Origin: an uncultured Actinomycetes bacterium
Lineage (GTDB): Bacteria; Actinomycetota; Acidimicrobiia; Acidimicrobiales; Microtrichaceae
Assembly: GCA_903852755.1 (NCBI GenBank)
Contig: CAINRS010000057.1
Coordinates: 505-64,504 of the forward strand
DNA length: 64,000 nt
Direction: 5' to 3'
The notes under the pieces are model-generated. The model was not told where the DNA came from. It ran no database searches and worked only from the letters and a program-made list of their open reading frames with translations. A program made the position numbers and the translations under genes. Positions within the stretch are counted from its first letter, which is position 1. Each line of letters begins with the position of its first letter. Shown here one piece after another: positions 33,394-42,744 of this stretch.

Positions 33394-33837
33394 GTGGCAC
33401 TCACCGAACTGCAGGGGCAGGAACTCGGCAGCCAGACCATCGTGATCGAGCAGGGTCCGGTGCGGGCCTTCGCCAAGTCGGTCAAGGACGATCCGGACCG
33501 CTACACGGGCGTGGGGGCTCCCACCCCACCGACGTGGCCGTTCGTCATGAGCTACTGGGGCTCGATGGGCCAGGGTGGCGCCGCCGGCCTGCCGATCGAC
33601 CGGCTGCGCGGGCCGGGGCGCATGATCCTCCACGGTGAGCAGGAGTTCGACTTCGTCCGGCCGCCGCAGGTCGGCGAGACGCTGACCGGCACGGGCCGGA
33701 TCTCCGAGGTGTACGAGCGGGACACGTCCTCGGCGACCATGGAGTTCTACGTGCGGGAGACCGAGTGGCGCGACACCTCGGGTGAGATCGTGTGCACCGA
33801 CCGCTTCACGCTGATCGTCCGGGCCAAGAAGGGCTGA
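33394..33837 (+). CDS. MaoC-dehydratase N-terminal-type hotdog protein (HadA/ChsH1-like)
   Basis: Start at GTG 33394, preceded by GAGGAGGA. Sequence: VIEQGPVRAFAKSV.D...PPTWPFV...ILHGEQEFDFVRPPQVGETL. Confidence 0.75.
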   Translation: MALTELQGQELGSQTIVIEQGPVRAFAKSVKDDPDRYTGVGAPTPPTWPFVMSYWGSMGQGGAAGLPIDRLRGPGRMILHGEQEFDFVRPPQVGETLTGTGRISEVYERDTSSATMEFYVRETEWRDTSGEIVCTDRFTLIVRAKKG

Positions 33838-33840
33838 GCC

Positions 33841-35058
33841 GTGGCCGACGCCGTGGGCCGGGACCCGTTCGCCGAGGACGACGACCAGCAGGCGCTGCGC
33901 GAGCTCGCCCGCGACGTCACCGCCCGCGAGGTGCTCCCCCGTGCCGCACACGGCGACGAGACCGGCGACCCGCCCCGGGTGGCGGCCAAGGCGCTCGCCG
34001 AGGCCGACCTGCTGAGGGTCACGATCGGTGAGGAGTGGGGCGGGTTCGGCTACGGCGACGTCGAGGCGTCCATCGTGCTCGAGGAGGTCGCCCGGGCCGA
34101 CGTCTCCACGGCGATCTGGTGCCAGCTCACCTACAACGGCCCGCCCCGCGGGATCGAGCACCTGGGACCACCGGCCATGCGCGAGCGGTGGCTGCCTGCC
34201 GTGGCGAACGGCGAGGCACTGCTGTCGATCGGGATCACCGAGCCGGACGCCGGCTCCGCCGTGCACGAGATGCGGACCGCGCTGCGGGCCGACGGGTCCG
34301 GGTACCGGCTGAACGGCTACAAGAACTACTCCACGCTCGGCCACGTGGCCGACGGCTTCCTGGTGTGGTGCCGCTGGCCGGGTGGTGAGGGGGCCCGGGG
34401 CATCGGTGCCGTGGTCGTTCCCGCGGATCGACCCGGGGTGTCGCTCACCGGCGTGCACTCGTCCATGGGCGTGCACGCCGCCACCGAGGCCGAGGTGGCG
34501 TTCGACGACGTCGAGATCACCCCGGACGACATCCTGATCGCCGGCGACCCCCGGTCGACCGAACCGTTCAAGCTGCTGCTGGCCCACCTGAACCACGAAC
34601 GGTGCGGTAACGCGTCCATGTGCATCGGTGCCGCACAGGGCGCGCTCGAGTACGCGGTGCGCTACCTGAACGAACGTGTCATCGGCGGCGAGGCACTCGC
34701 CACCCGCCAGGGCCTGCAGTGGAAGCTCGCCGACATGGCGATCGAACTCGAGTCGGCCCGGCTGCTCCTCCGACGGGCCGTGCACCTGGCGGGTCCGGGC
34801 GGCACGCCCCCGGCGCTCGAGACGGCCATGGCCAAGGCGGCCGCCAACCGGGCCGCCAAGTTCGTCTGCGACGAGGCGATGCAGGTCCTCGGGGGCTACG
34901 GGTACTCGCGTGAGTACCCGCTCGAGCGCGCCTACCGCGACATCCGCGGACTGTGCATCGGCGCGGGAACCATCGAGGCGCAGCTCAACTACGTCGGGTC
35001 CAACGTGGTCCGCGGCCGGACCACCACCTCCCCGGCGTGGATCGAACAGCGATTCTGA
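33841..35058 (+). CDS. acyl-CoA dehydrogenase
   Basis: 405 aa with GITEPDAGSAV, GYKNYSTLG and YGYSREYPLERAYRDIRGLCIGAGTIEAQ. Confidence 0.9.
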   Translation: MADAVGRDPFAEDDDQQALRELARDVTAREVLPRAAHGDETGDPPRVAAKALAEADLLRVTIGEEWGGFGYGDVEASIVLEEVARADVSTAIWCQLTYNGPPRGIEHLGPPAMRERWLPAVANGEALLSIGITEPDAGSAVHEMRTALRADGSGYRLNGYKNYSTLGHVADGFLVWCRWPGGEGARGIGAVVVPADRPGVSLTGVHSSMGVHAATEAEVAFDDVEITPDDILIAGDPRSTEPFKLLLAHLNHERCGNASMCIGAAQGALEYAVRYLNERVIGGEALATRQGLQWKLADMAIELESARLLLRRAVHLAGPGGTPPALETAMAKAAANRAAKFVCDEAMQVLGGYGYSREYPLERAYRDIRGLCIGAGTIEAQLNYVGSNVVRGRTTTSPAWIEQRF

Positions 35059-35067
35059 GCCGGGACC

Positions 35068-36444
35068 GTGGCTGAGCGGCTCGAGCCGACCTGGCCGCAC
35101 GCCCTGGGCCCGACCACCGGCCGCATCAGCGACCTCGAGCCGGACGACCCGCGCATCGCCCGGCTCGCCGGCGGGCTCGCCCGCTCGGGGGTCGGCCGCG
35201 GCGACCTGGTGGCGTGGCAGCTGCCCAACGGTGAGCCGGCCGCGCTGGCCCTGTGGGCGTGCTGGCGACTGGGGGCGGTCGCTGCGCCGATCCACCACCG
35301 CGCCACCGCCGCCGAGGTCGACCGGATGCTCGGCGCCCTGCCGGCGGCGACGGTGCTCGACGACGGGTGGATCGGTCGGCTCGTCGAGGAGTCGCCACCG
35401 CACCCGGGAGGGCCGGTGGCACCGGACGAGCCGGCGCTCGTCCTGCACACATCCGGGTCCTCCGGGACCCCCAAGGGCGTCGTGCACACGCACGCCGGCC
35501 TGGCGCACAAGGCCCGCTCGATGGTGCGCATCCACGGACTCCACGCCCGGGACGTCGTGCTGATGCCGGCACCGCTCGGACACGTGTCCGGGGTGCTGAA
35601 CGGGGTCCTCGTCCCTGCGGCGGCGCAGATGCGAGCGGTGCTGCTCCCACGGTGGGACCCGGACGAGGCGCTCGCGATCATCGAGGCCGAACGGGTCTCG
35701 TTCATGGTCGGCCCACCGACGTTCTTCACCGGTCTCCGCGACGCATCCGGGTGGGCGCCCGAGCGGGTCGCCTCGCTGCGGATCGTGTCCGCCGGCGGCG
35801 CCGGGGTGACGCCGGCGTTCTGCGAGCGGACCGCCGGGGAGTTCGGCGCCACCGTGAAGCGCAGCTACGGCTCGACCGAGGCGCCCACCGTGGCCACCAA
35901 CCACGCGACCGACGACGCCCGACTCGGCTGGCACACCGACGGCCGCGCCGTCGACGGCGTGTCGTTCCGGATCGGGGACGCGGGTGGACTCGAGGTGCAG
36001 GGACCGGAGCTGTTCGTGGGCTACACCGACGCGGCGCGCACGGCCGAGGCGATCACCGACGACGGCTGGTTCCGTACCGGCGACACCGCCGAACTGGGCG
36101 ACGACGGCCGGGTGACCATCACGGGTCGCCTGAGCGAGGTGATCATCCGCGGTGGCGAGAACATCTCGCCCGCCGAGGTCGAGGCCGTCCTCGAGGCCCA
36201 CCCCGGGGTCCGTGCCGCGGTGGCGGTGGGAGTGCCCGACGAACGGCTCGGTGAACGGACCGCGGCGGTGGTCGTCCCCGTGCCCGGAGCCACGCCGAAC
36301 CTCGAGGACCTGACGGCGTGGTGCGACACCCGGGGTCTCGCCCGCTACAAGTGGCCGGAACGACTCGAGGTCGTCGAGGCCCTGCCGGTGCTGCCCTCGG
36401 GCAAGGCCGACCGGGCCGCCCTGCGGGACCGGCTCACCCGCTAG
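35068..36444 (+). CDS. AMP-dependent acyl-CoA synthetase/ligase
   Basis: Motifs LHTSGSSGTPKGVVHTH, YGSTE, GWFRTGDTAELGDDGRVTITGR and PSGKADR. Confidence 0.9.
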   Translation: MAERLEPTWPHALGPTTGRISDLEPDDPRIARLAGGLARSGVGRGDLVAWQLPNGEPAALALWACWRLGAVAAPIHHRATAAEVDRMLGALPAATVLDDGWIGRLVEESPPHPGGPVAPDEPALVLHTSGSSGTPKGVVHTHAGLAHKARSMVRIHGLHARDVVLMPAPLGHVSGVLNGVLVPAAAQMRAVLLPRWDPDEALAIIEAERVSFMVGPPTFFTGLRDASGWAPERVASLRIVSAGGAGVTPAFCERTAGEFGATVKRSYGSTEAPTVATNHATDDARLGWHTDGRAVDGVSFRIGDAGGLEVQGPELFVGYTDAARTAEAITDDGWFRTGDTAELGDDGRVTITGRLSEVIIRGGENISPAEVEAVLEAHPGVRAAVAVGVPDERLGERTAAVVVPVPGATPNLEDLTAWCDTRGLARYKWPERLEVVEALPVLPSGKADRAALRDRLTR

Positions 36445-38108
36445 CGCAGGAAGAACCCCTGCGGGTCCCAGGTCCGCAGCGAGCGGAGCTCAGCGGGCGT
36501 GGGAGGTGCCAGTTCGGCCACGTCCTCCGCCACCTCCGCGTCCCACGCCAGTCGGGACCGGAGCACGTCGAGCGCACCGGGGACGACGGCCGTGACCGCG
36601 AACCCCCCGTCTCGTCGCTCGAGGACGCCGAGGTCGGTGGCGATCGCCACCACCCGGCCGCCCGGTGAGGTCACGTACTCGCAGCGCTCGACGGTCCGTC
36701 GGTCGGTGAGGGTCGTGACGACGACGACCTCGTCGGCGGTCGACGCCACGTCGTTGCCGCCGCCCGAGCCGACCAGGAACGTCCGGCCGGGCACCACCGT
36801 CGAGTTGATGTTGCCGGCGGCGTCGACCTGCGCCGCACCCAGACAGGCGAGCGCCACCGTGCCCGGTCCCGGGACGAGTGCGCCCAGCACCCACGACGCG
36901 TCGTGCAGTGCCGTCGAGGACGGGAAGGCCCGGTGGTTGAACACGAACGGGTCGGCGGGTGTCGGCGTGTAGCCGAGCAGGCCCAGCTCTGCGGTGAGCA
37001 CCGCGTCGGCCCCCCGGTCACGGGCCTGTTCCACCCCCAGCCAGGTCGCCAGGTTGGCGACCCCGGCACCGGCGAGCACCACGTCCGCGCGGGTCGCCAG
37101 GATCCGGTCGGCCAGCACCCGGGCACCGTGGACCGCGGCGTGCTCCCAGTCGTTGGGGTCCGGGGCCAGGTCGGGCGGGTGCGCCCGGGCGTCGGCCCGC
37201 CACGACTCCCGGTCGGCGCGGGCCCGCAGCGCCGCCACCCGATCCGGGCCGAGCCGGTCCAGGTAGGCCGCCTGGTCCTCGGGCTCGAGCACCCAGTGTC
37301 GTATCCACTCGTCGAACCCGTCGTCGTCGAGCCGGCTGGCGGTCCTGGCCTCGGCCCAGAACCCGACGTCCTCGGCGTAGGGCACCGCCGGGGTGAAGGT
37401 CCCCGAGAGCCCGCCGGGATGCGCACCCATCGGGCACTCGGCCACCGCCAGGGTCCGGTGACCGGGCACCACGACCAGGTGGGACCACGGGGTGATGTCG
37501 TCGACCACCAGCTCGGCGGTGGCGACGACACCGCGCCGGGCGGCGAGAGCGCCCCACACGCCCTCGAGCAACGGCGGGTGCAGCGCCAGGTTGCCGGCAC
37601 AGTCGGCGACCGCCGCGTGCACGATCGCCACGTCCGGGGCGGCGGCCCGGACCAGCCCCACCTCCCCGAACGGCGTGTCGAGCAGCACGTAGCCGTCGTT
37701 GTCGGCCATGGAGGAACCGGCCAGCGAGGAGGTGGTGAGCGCGGGCAGGCCCCGGGCGGCCGCCTCGAGCCGCTGGGCGAAGGTGAGGAACGACCAGTGC
37801 TCGACCTCGACCTCACCCGAGAGGTAGGCGCGCCCGAATCGGGGGTTGGGCGTGAAGTTGGGGAAGACGTCACCCGAGTAGCCCGTCACGACCCGCCGGA
37901 CCAGGCCGCCGCGGAAGAACAACGTGCCCAGACTCGACAGCGAGAGCATGTCGAGCGTCCAACCCGGATCCCGGCCCCACCACTGCCGGACGAGCTCTCG
38001 CACCGCCGCCGACCAGCGCGTGTGCGAGCAGACCACGTGCACCGTGTCCCCCGCCCGGACGTGTCCGACGACGTCGGTGAGGCCCACCACCTTGGAAGCG
38101 GCACCCAT
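36441..38108 (-). CDS. family I CoA-transferase with fused alpha and beta subunit domains
   Basis: 555 aa. The N half is VVGLTDVVGHVRAGDTVHV...VVTGYSGD. The C half is AGVANLATWLG...FLVGSGGGNDVAS. Its stop shares a CTAG with the convergent ligase stop. Confidence 0.75.
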   Translation of the reverse strand: MGAASKVVGLTDVVGHVRAGDTVHVVCSHTRWSAAVRELVRQWWGRDPGWTLDMLSLSSLGTLFFRGGLVRRVVTGYSGDVFPNFTPNPRFGRAYLSGEVEVEHWSFLTFAQRLEAAARGLPALTTSSLAGSSMADNDGYVLLDTPFGEVGLVRAAAPDVAIVHAAVADCAGNLALHPPLLEGVWGALAARRGVVATAELVVDDITPWSHLVVVPGHRTLAVAECPMGAHPGGLSGTFTPAVPYAEDVGFWAEARTASRLDDDGFDEWIRHWVLEPEDQAAYLDRLGPDRVAALRARADRESWRADARAHPPDLAPDPNDWEHAAVHGARVLADRILATRADVVLAGAGVANLATWLGVEQARDRGADAVLTAELGLLGYTPTPADPFVFNHRAFPSSTALHDASWVLGALVPGPGTVALACLGAAQVDAAGNINSTVVPGRTFLVGSGGGNDVASTADEVVVVTTLTDRRTVERCEYVTSPGGRVVAIATDLGVLERRDGGFAVTAVVPGALDVLRSRLAWDAEVAEDVAELAPPTPAELRSLRTWDPQGFFLR

Positions 38109-38113
38109 CGGGA

Positions 38114-38131
38114 ACTGACACTAACGTCAGG
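38114..38131. promoter_or_regulatory. dyad operator copy 9 (ACTGACACTAACGTCAGG) between divergent CoA-transferase and acyl-CoA ligase genes
   Basis: Occupies most of the 28-nt gap 38109-38136. The internal TAACGT (38122-38127) lies 10 nt before ATG 38137. Confidence 0.75.
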
Positions 38132-38136
38132 TCGCC

Positions 38137-39654
38137 ATGGCCGGGTACACCGAGAACTACCGCGACCTCACCGACCGGCCGGCGGTCCGACACGGACCGG
38201 TGACCCTGACCTACGGAGACCTGCACCGGCGGGCGTCCCGGCTGGCGTCGGTGCTCCGGTCGGACGGACTCTCCCCCGGTGGGCGGCTCGCCGTCATGCT
38301 GCCCAACCGGATCGAGTTCCTCGAGTGCCTCGCCGCCTCGGCCAAGGTCGAGTGCTCGGCCCTCTCGGTCAACTGGCACCTGGCCCCCGGTGAGCTCGCC
38401 TACGTGCTGGCCGACTCCGGCTCGGGTGCGCTCGTCGCCGACGCCGCCCTGCGCGACGTGGTCGAGGCGGCCGACCCGGCCTGCCCGGTGCTGTACGTGG
38501 ACGACCCGGGTGCACACGGCTACGAGGCGCGCCTCGCCGGGGGCGAGGACGACCTGCCCACCCCGTGGCCCTGCTCCTGGCCCGTCATCTACACCTCGGG
38601 CACCACCGGCCGACCCAAGGGGGTCGTCCACGGTGCACTCGCCGACCCCGAGGTCCTCCGCGCCACCCAGGAGGCACTCGTCGCGTTGTGGGGGTACACC
38701 CCGGACGACGTCCACCTGGTGGCCGGTCCCCTCTACCACGCCGGCCCACAGGGGTACGCCGCGCTCACCCTCTACTCGGGCGGCACCGTCGAGCTCACCG
38801 GCGGCTGGGACGCGCGTGAGTTCCTGCGGTTGGTGGAGGAGCGCCGGGTGACCACCACCTTCCTGACCCCGGCGCACTTCATCCGCCTGCTCGAGGTGCC
38901 CGTCGCCGAGCGGTCGCGGTTCGACGTCGGCTCCCTGCGCCACGTGATCCACGCCGGAGCGCCGTGTCCGGTCGGGGTCAAGCGCCAGATCCTGGAGTGG
39001 TGGGCGCACACCGAGGTCTGGGAGCTCTACGGCATGAGCGAGGGCGGCGCGACCCGCGTGTCGCCGACGGAGTGGCTCGAGCGCCCCGGGACGGTCGGAC
39101 GCCCGTGGCCGGGCACCGAGGTGCGCATCCTCGACCCGTCGACGCTCGAGCCGCTGCCCCCCTGCGAGGACGGCCTCATCTACGTCCGTCCGCCACGCGG
39201 CCGGTTCCACTACCACGATGATCCCGACAAGACCGACGACGCGTGGCACGGCGACGCCTTCACCGTCGGCGACGTCGGACACCTCGACGACGACGGCTGG
39301 CTCTACCTGACCGACCGAGCCGCGGACCTGGTCATCAAGGGCGGCGTGAACGTCTACCCGCGCACCGTCGAGGACGTCCTCCACGACCACCCCGACGTGG
39401 TCGACTGCGCCGTGTTCGGGGTGCCGCACGACCGTGACGGCGAGCACCTGCACGCCGTGGTCGAGCTCCGCGGCGAACGGGACGCCGAGGTGGTGGTCGC
39501 GGAACTCCAGGAGCTGTGCCGCGAGCGACTCGATGCGTGGTCGTGCCCGTCGAGCGTCGAGGTCGTCGACGAGCTCCCCCGCGACCCGAACGGCAAGGTC
39601 CTCAAGCGGCACCTGCGCGAGCCCCACTGGGCCGACACCGAGCGACGGATCTGA
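38137..39654 (+). CDS. AMP-dependent acyl-CoA synthetase/ligase
   Basis: Motifs IYTSGTTGRPKGVVH, YGMSEGG, FTVGDVGHLDDDGWLYLTDR and PNGKVLKR. ATG 38137 lies 6 nt after operator 38114-38131. Confidence 0.9.
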   Translation: MAGYTENYRDLTDRPAVRHGPVTLTYGDLHRRASRLASVLRSDGLSPGGRLAVMLPNRIEFLECLAASAKVECSALSVNWHLAPGELAYVLADSGSGALVADAALRDVVEAADPACPVLYVDDPGAHGYEARLAGGEDDLPTPWPCSWPVIYTSGTTGRPKGVVHGALADPEVLRATQEALVALWGYTPDDVHLVAGPLYHAGPQGYAALTLYSGGTVELTGGWDAREFLRLVEERRVTTTFLTPAHFIRLLEVPVAERSRFDVGSLRHVIHAGAPCPVGVKRQILEWWAHTEVWELYGMSEGGATRVSPTEWLERPGTVGRPWPGTEVRILDPSTLEPLPPCEDGLIYVRPPRGRFHYHDDPDKTDDAWHGDAFTVGDVGHLDDDGWLYLTDRAADLVIKGGVNVYPRTVEDVLHDHPDVVDCAVFGVPHDRDGEHLHAVVELRGERDAEVVVAELQELCRERLDAWSCPSSVEVVDELPRDPNGKVLKRHLREPHWADTERRI

Positions 39655-39659
39655 CGGCC

Positions 39660-40097
39660 GTGACCGATCCCGCCCCGCCCCTGAGCGACGGACTGTTCCG
39701 CGCCGGACCCGGAGCCGCCGACGACGGGACCATCACCCTGGTCGGTGGACGGTCGGCCAGTGGCGGCCGTCTGCACTTCCCCCGCTCCCCGGTGTGCCCG
39801 TGGACCGGCGCCGACGACGTCGAGGACGCCGACCTGCCCCGGACCGGGCGACTGTGGGCGTGGACCACCGTGACCGCCGCTCCGCCGGGGTACTCCGGCC
39901 CCGTGCCCTACGGCTTCGGGGTGGTCGAGTTCGACGACGCAGACGGGGTGCTCCGGGTGGTCGGCCGGCTCACCGTCGCCGACGCAGCCGCACTCCGGTT
40001 CGGCGAGCCGATGGTGGTCGTTGCCGTGGAGCTCCCGACCGAGCGCGGACCGGTCACCACCTGGGCGTTCGCCCCCGACGGAACGGACCGTCCGTGA
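39660..40097 (+). CDS. DUF35 OB-fold protein with a degenerate zinc ribbon
   Basis: Start at GTG 39660. OB-fold part: GRLWAWTTVT...YGFGVVEFDDADGVLRVVGRL. The ribbon region reads GGRLHFPRSPVCPWTG, with only one Cys. Confidence 0.7.
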   Translation: MTDPAPPLSDGLFRAGPGAADDGTITLVGGRSASGGRLHFPRSPVCPWTGADDVEDADLPRTGRLWAWTTVTAAPPGYSGPVPYGFGVVEFDDADGVLRVVGRLTVADAAALRFGEPMVVVAVELPTERGPVTTWAFAPDGTDRP

Positions 40098-41230
40098 CCG
40101 CCGTTGCCGTCGCCGGCGTCGGGATCCACCCGTTCGGCCGCCACGGCGAGCTGACCGCCACCGCCATGGGGGCCGCGGCGCTGCGCGACGCCATGGCCGA
40201 GGCGTCGGTGGGTCGGGGTGGGTTCCAGGCCGCGTTCTGCGCGACGGCCTACGGCGGGGTCGCCGCAGGGCACCGGGTGCTGGGCGCGCTCGGGCTGACC
40301 GGGGTCCCGATCGTCGACGTCGAGGCCGGGTGCGCCTCGGGTGGTGCGGCGTTGGCGCTCGCCGCCGGGGCGATCCGGGCAGGGCAGTACGACACGGTGC
40401 TGGTGGTGGGGATCGAGAAGATGCCCAAGGGCGTCATCCGGTCGTCGTTCTTCCCGCAGTGGATGGAGGAGGGCGGCCTCGCCGCCACGCCGGCGTACTT
40501 CGCGCTGCGGGCGCAGCGGCTGCTGCGCGAGCAGGACGTCACGGTCGACGACCTGGCTGCGGTGGTGGTGAAGAACCGCGCCCACGGAGTCCACAACCCC
40601 GACGCCATGTTCACCTCGGCCGTGACCGCGGAGCAGGTCCTCGGCTCCCGCGTCGTGAGCCCTCCGCTGCACCTGTGGATGCTGTGCTCCCCCAACGAGG
40701 GTGCCGCCGCCGTGGTGCTCCGCCGGGCGGACCTGGCGGGCCCCGGCGCCGTGCGGTTGGACGCAGCTGCGCTGCGCAGCCACCTGCCCGGATCGGTCCT
40801 GGACGAGTCCACCCCGCTGTCGGGTGTCGAGGACCAGAGGATCACCCCGCCGACGCAGTTGGCTGCCACCGACGCCTACGAGGCGGCCGGACTCGGACCC
40901 GGAGACGTCGACGTGGTCGAGTGCCAGGACACCGACGCCGCCCGGGAGCTCATCAGCTGGGTCGAACTGGGTCTGTGCCCACCGGGCGGACAGTCGGCCG
41001 TGCTCGCATCGGGTGGGGCGTCGATCGGCGGGACGCTGCCGATCAACCCCTCGGGGGGACTGTTGTCCAAGGGTGAGCCGCTCGGCGCATCGGCGCTCGG
41101 ACAGGTCGTCGAACTCGTCCGCCAGCTCCGGGGACAGGCCGGCGCCCGCCAGGTCGACGGCGCCAGGGTCGGCCTGGCGCACACGATCGGCCGGGGCGCG
41201 AACGCCTCGGTGGCGCTGCTCACCACGTGA
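40094..41230 (+). CDS. thiolase (SCP-x/Ltp type, catalytic Cys present)
   Basis: Start at GTG 40094 forms a GTGA overlap with the DUF35 stop. Sequence: VAVAGVGIHPFGRH, VEAGCASGGAALALAAGAI, NPSGGLLSKGEPLGASALGQ. Confidence 0.88.
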   Translation: MTAVAVAGVGIHPFGRHGELTATAMGAAALRDAMAEASVGRGGFQAAFCATAYGGVAAGHRVLGALGLTGVPIVDVEAGCASGGAALALAAGAIRAGQYDTVLVVGIEKMPKGVIRSSFFPQWMEEGGLAATPAYFALRAQRLLREQDVTVDDLAAVVVKNRAHGVHNPDAMFTSAVTAEQVLGSRVVSPPLHLWMLCSPNEGAAAVVLRRADLAGPGAVRLDAAALRSHLPGSVLDESTPLSGVEDQRITPPTQLAATDAYEAAGLGPGDVDVVECQDTDAARELISWVELGLCPPGGQSAVLASGGASIGGTLPINPSGGLLSKGEPLGASALGQVVELVRQLRGQAGARQVDGARVGLAHTIGRGANASVALLTT

Positions 41231-41255
41231 ACCGGCGGGGCCACCGGCTGGGGTG

Positions 41256-41273
41256 ACTGACACGGGCGTCAGG
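41256..41273. promoter_or_regulatory. dyad operator copy 10 (ACTGACACGGGCGTCAGG) upstream of the HMGCS-like/DUF35 fusion operon
   Basis: Followed by TACTGT (41274-41279) and GTG 41287, the same geometry as copy 3. Confidence 0.75.
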
Positions 41274-41286
41274 TACTGTGTCGCCC

Positions 41287-42744
41287 GTGGTGCGTGCACG
41301 AGCCCTCGACGTGTCGATCGCCGCCGTCGGCGTGGCGGCCCCCGAGTGGCGGGTCCCCGTCGCATCGATCGACGCGGCCTGGGGTCGCTCCCCCGGCCGC
41401 GGAACCCTCGCCGTGTGCAGATCCGACGAGGATCCACTCACCCTCGCGTGGGCCGCTGCGGACCGGGCGGTCGCCGCCGCCGGAGTCGCACCATCCGGCA
41501 TCGACGGGATGTGGTGGGGCTGCACCCGGCCGCCCTTCGCCGAGGGGCCGAGCTGGTCGACGCTCGCCGCGACCCTGCACCTCGCGCCCGAGGCCGACGG
41601 CGCGCTCCTGTCGGGGTCCACCCACGCCGGTCTCGACGCCCTGCTCGCTGCGGCCGACGCCGTGGCGGCCGGTCGCGTCGACACCGCGCTCGTGGTCACC
41701 TCGGACGCGCTCCTGCCGGCGACCGGCACCGGCCACGAGACCTCGGCCGGGGCCGGCGCCGCTGCGTTGCTGCTCCGGCGCGACGGCGGCCCAGCCCGGC
41801 TGGTGCACACCGCCCACCGCTGGGAACCCCGGCTCGACCGCTACCGGGGCGACCGCGAGCCCGAGACACGGGAGACCTACGACGGCCGCCTGTTCCGGGA
41901 GCAGGCCTACCTGCCCATGCTCGGCGCCGTGGGCGACGCCCTGCTCGTCGACGCGACGGACGCCGGGCGCTGGTCGCTCCCCGACCCGGACGGTCGGCTC
42001 GCCCGGGCACTCGCCAAGCGCTTGCGGGCCGGCACGACCTCGGCCCAGGACGTCGCGGCAGCCGACCGCACCCGACTCGGTGACCTCGGCAGCGCCGCGA
42101 CGCTCGTCGGCGCCGCCGCAGCACTCGGCAGCCCCGGTCCGCTGCACCTGCTCGGCGTGGGCGGTGGTCGGGCGACGGGGTGCACCGTGATCGTCGACGC
42201 CCCGGTGCCGGGGGCCGAGCGGGTCACTGCGGACCTGTCCGGCGGCGAGGAGGTCGCCTACACCCGGGTGCTCCGGTCCCGCGGGGTGCTGCGCCCCACC
42301 GGCGAGTCGGTCGAGATGGCCGTGCCGCCCGGGAGCGCCATGTTCGGACGGGGCGCCGGCGAGATGCTGGGACTGCTCGCCGCCCGCTGCGTCGACTGCG
42401 GGACGATGAACACTCCGCCCGACGTGCACCCCACCTGCATCTCGTGCGGGTCCACGAAGTTCGACGTGGTGCCGCTCGGCCGGACCGGCACGGTGCAGAC
42501 GTTCGTGGTCAACCGCACCATGCCGTCACCGTTCGAGGCTCCCCTGCCGCTCGTGGTCGTGGACCTCGACGACGGCGGGCGGATCCAGCTCCAGGGCGGC
42601 GACGACGGTGCCGAGCTGTCCATCGGCGCCCCGGTCGACCTGGTGCTGCGCAGGTACGCCGTGGAGCGCGGGGTGCCGGTCTACGGCTGGAAGGTCCTGA
42701 CCCGCCGGCCGGTGGCCGGGACCGACGAGGAGGTCACGTCGTGA
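41287..42744 (+). CDS. HMG-CoA synthase / KAS III-fold domain fused to a C-terminal DUF35 module (catalytic residues apparently missing)
   Basis: N domain: ASIDAAWGRSPGRG..., GCTRPPFAEGP, SGSTHAGLDALLAA, HETSAGAGAAALLL. C domain: Zn-ribbon RCVDCGTMNTPPDVHPTCISCGS plus an OB fold (GTVQTFVVNR...LVVVDLDDGGRIQLQG). GTG 41287 lies 8 nt after the TACTGT -10 box. GTG 41278 or 41290 are alternatives. Confidence 0.75.
   Translation: MVRARALDVSIAAVGVAAPEWRVPVASIDAAWGRSPGRGTLAVCRSDEDPLTLAWAAADRAVAAAGVAPSGIDGMWWGCTRPPFAEGPSWSTLAATLHLAPEADGALLSGSTHAGLDALLAAADAVAAGRVDTALVVTSDALLPATGTGHETSAGAGAAALLLRRDGGPARLVHTAHRWEPRLDRYRGDREPETRETYDGRLFREQAYLPMLGAVGDALLVDATDAGRWSLPDPDGRLARALAKRLRAGTTSAQDVAAADRTRLGDLGSAATLVGAAAALGSPGPLHLLGVGGGRATGCTVIVDAPVPGAERVTADLSGGEEVAYTRVLRSRGVLRPTGESVEMAVPPGSAMFGRGAGEMLGLLAARCVDCGTMNTPPDVHPTCISCGSTKFDVVPLGRTGTVQTFVVNRTMPSPFEAPLPLVVVDLDDGGRIQLQGGDDGAELSIGAPVDLVLRRYAVERGVPVYGWKVLTRRPVAGTDEEVTS

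Noticed and set aside
33313-36201. 962-aa minus-strand ORF; similar very long ORFs at 29069..31789 (906 aa), 24837..27101 (754 aa), 57934..59943 (669 aa) and 52384..54234 (616 aa)
   Set aside because: All are antisense to strings of genes with clear catalytic motifs (ACADs, ligases, thiolases, ALDH, CpaF, Ddl). All have extreme Arg/Gly/Pro/Asp composition without domains. They are treated as stop-codon-poor antisense frames of GC-rich DNA.
39650-39665. TCTGACGGCCGTGACC between the ligase stop and the DUF35 start
   Set aside because: Only the left arm resembles the dyad, since the right arm reads GTGACC rather than GTCAGG. The sequence is simply the TGA stop plus the GTG start context of coupled genes.
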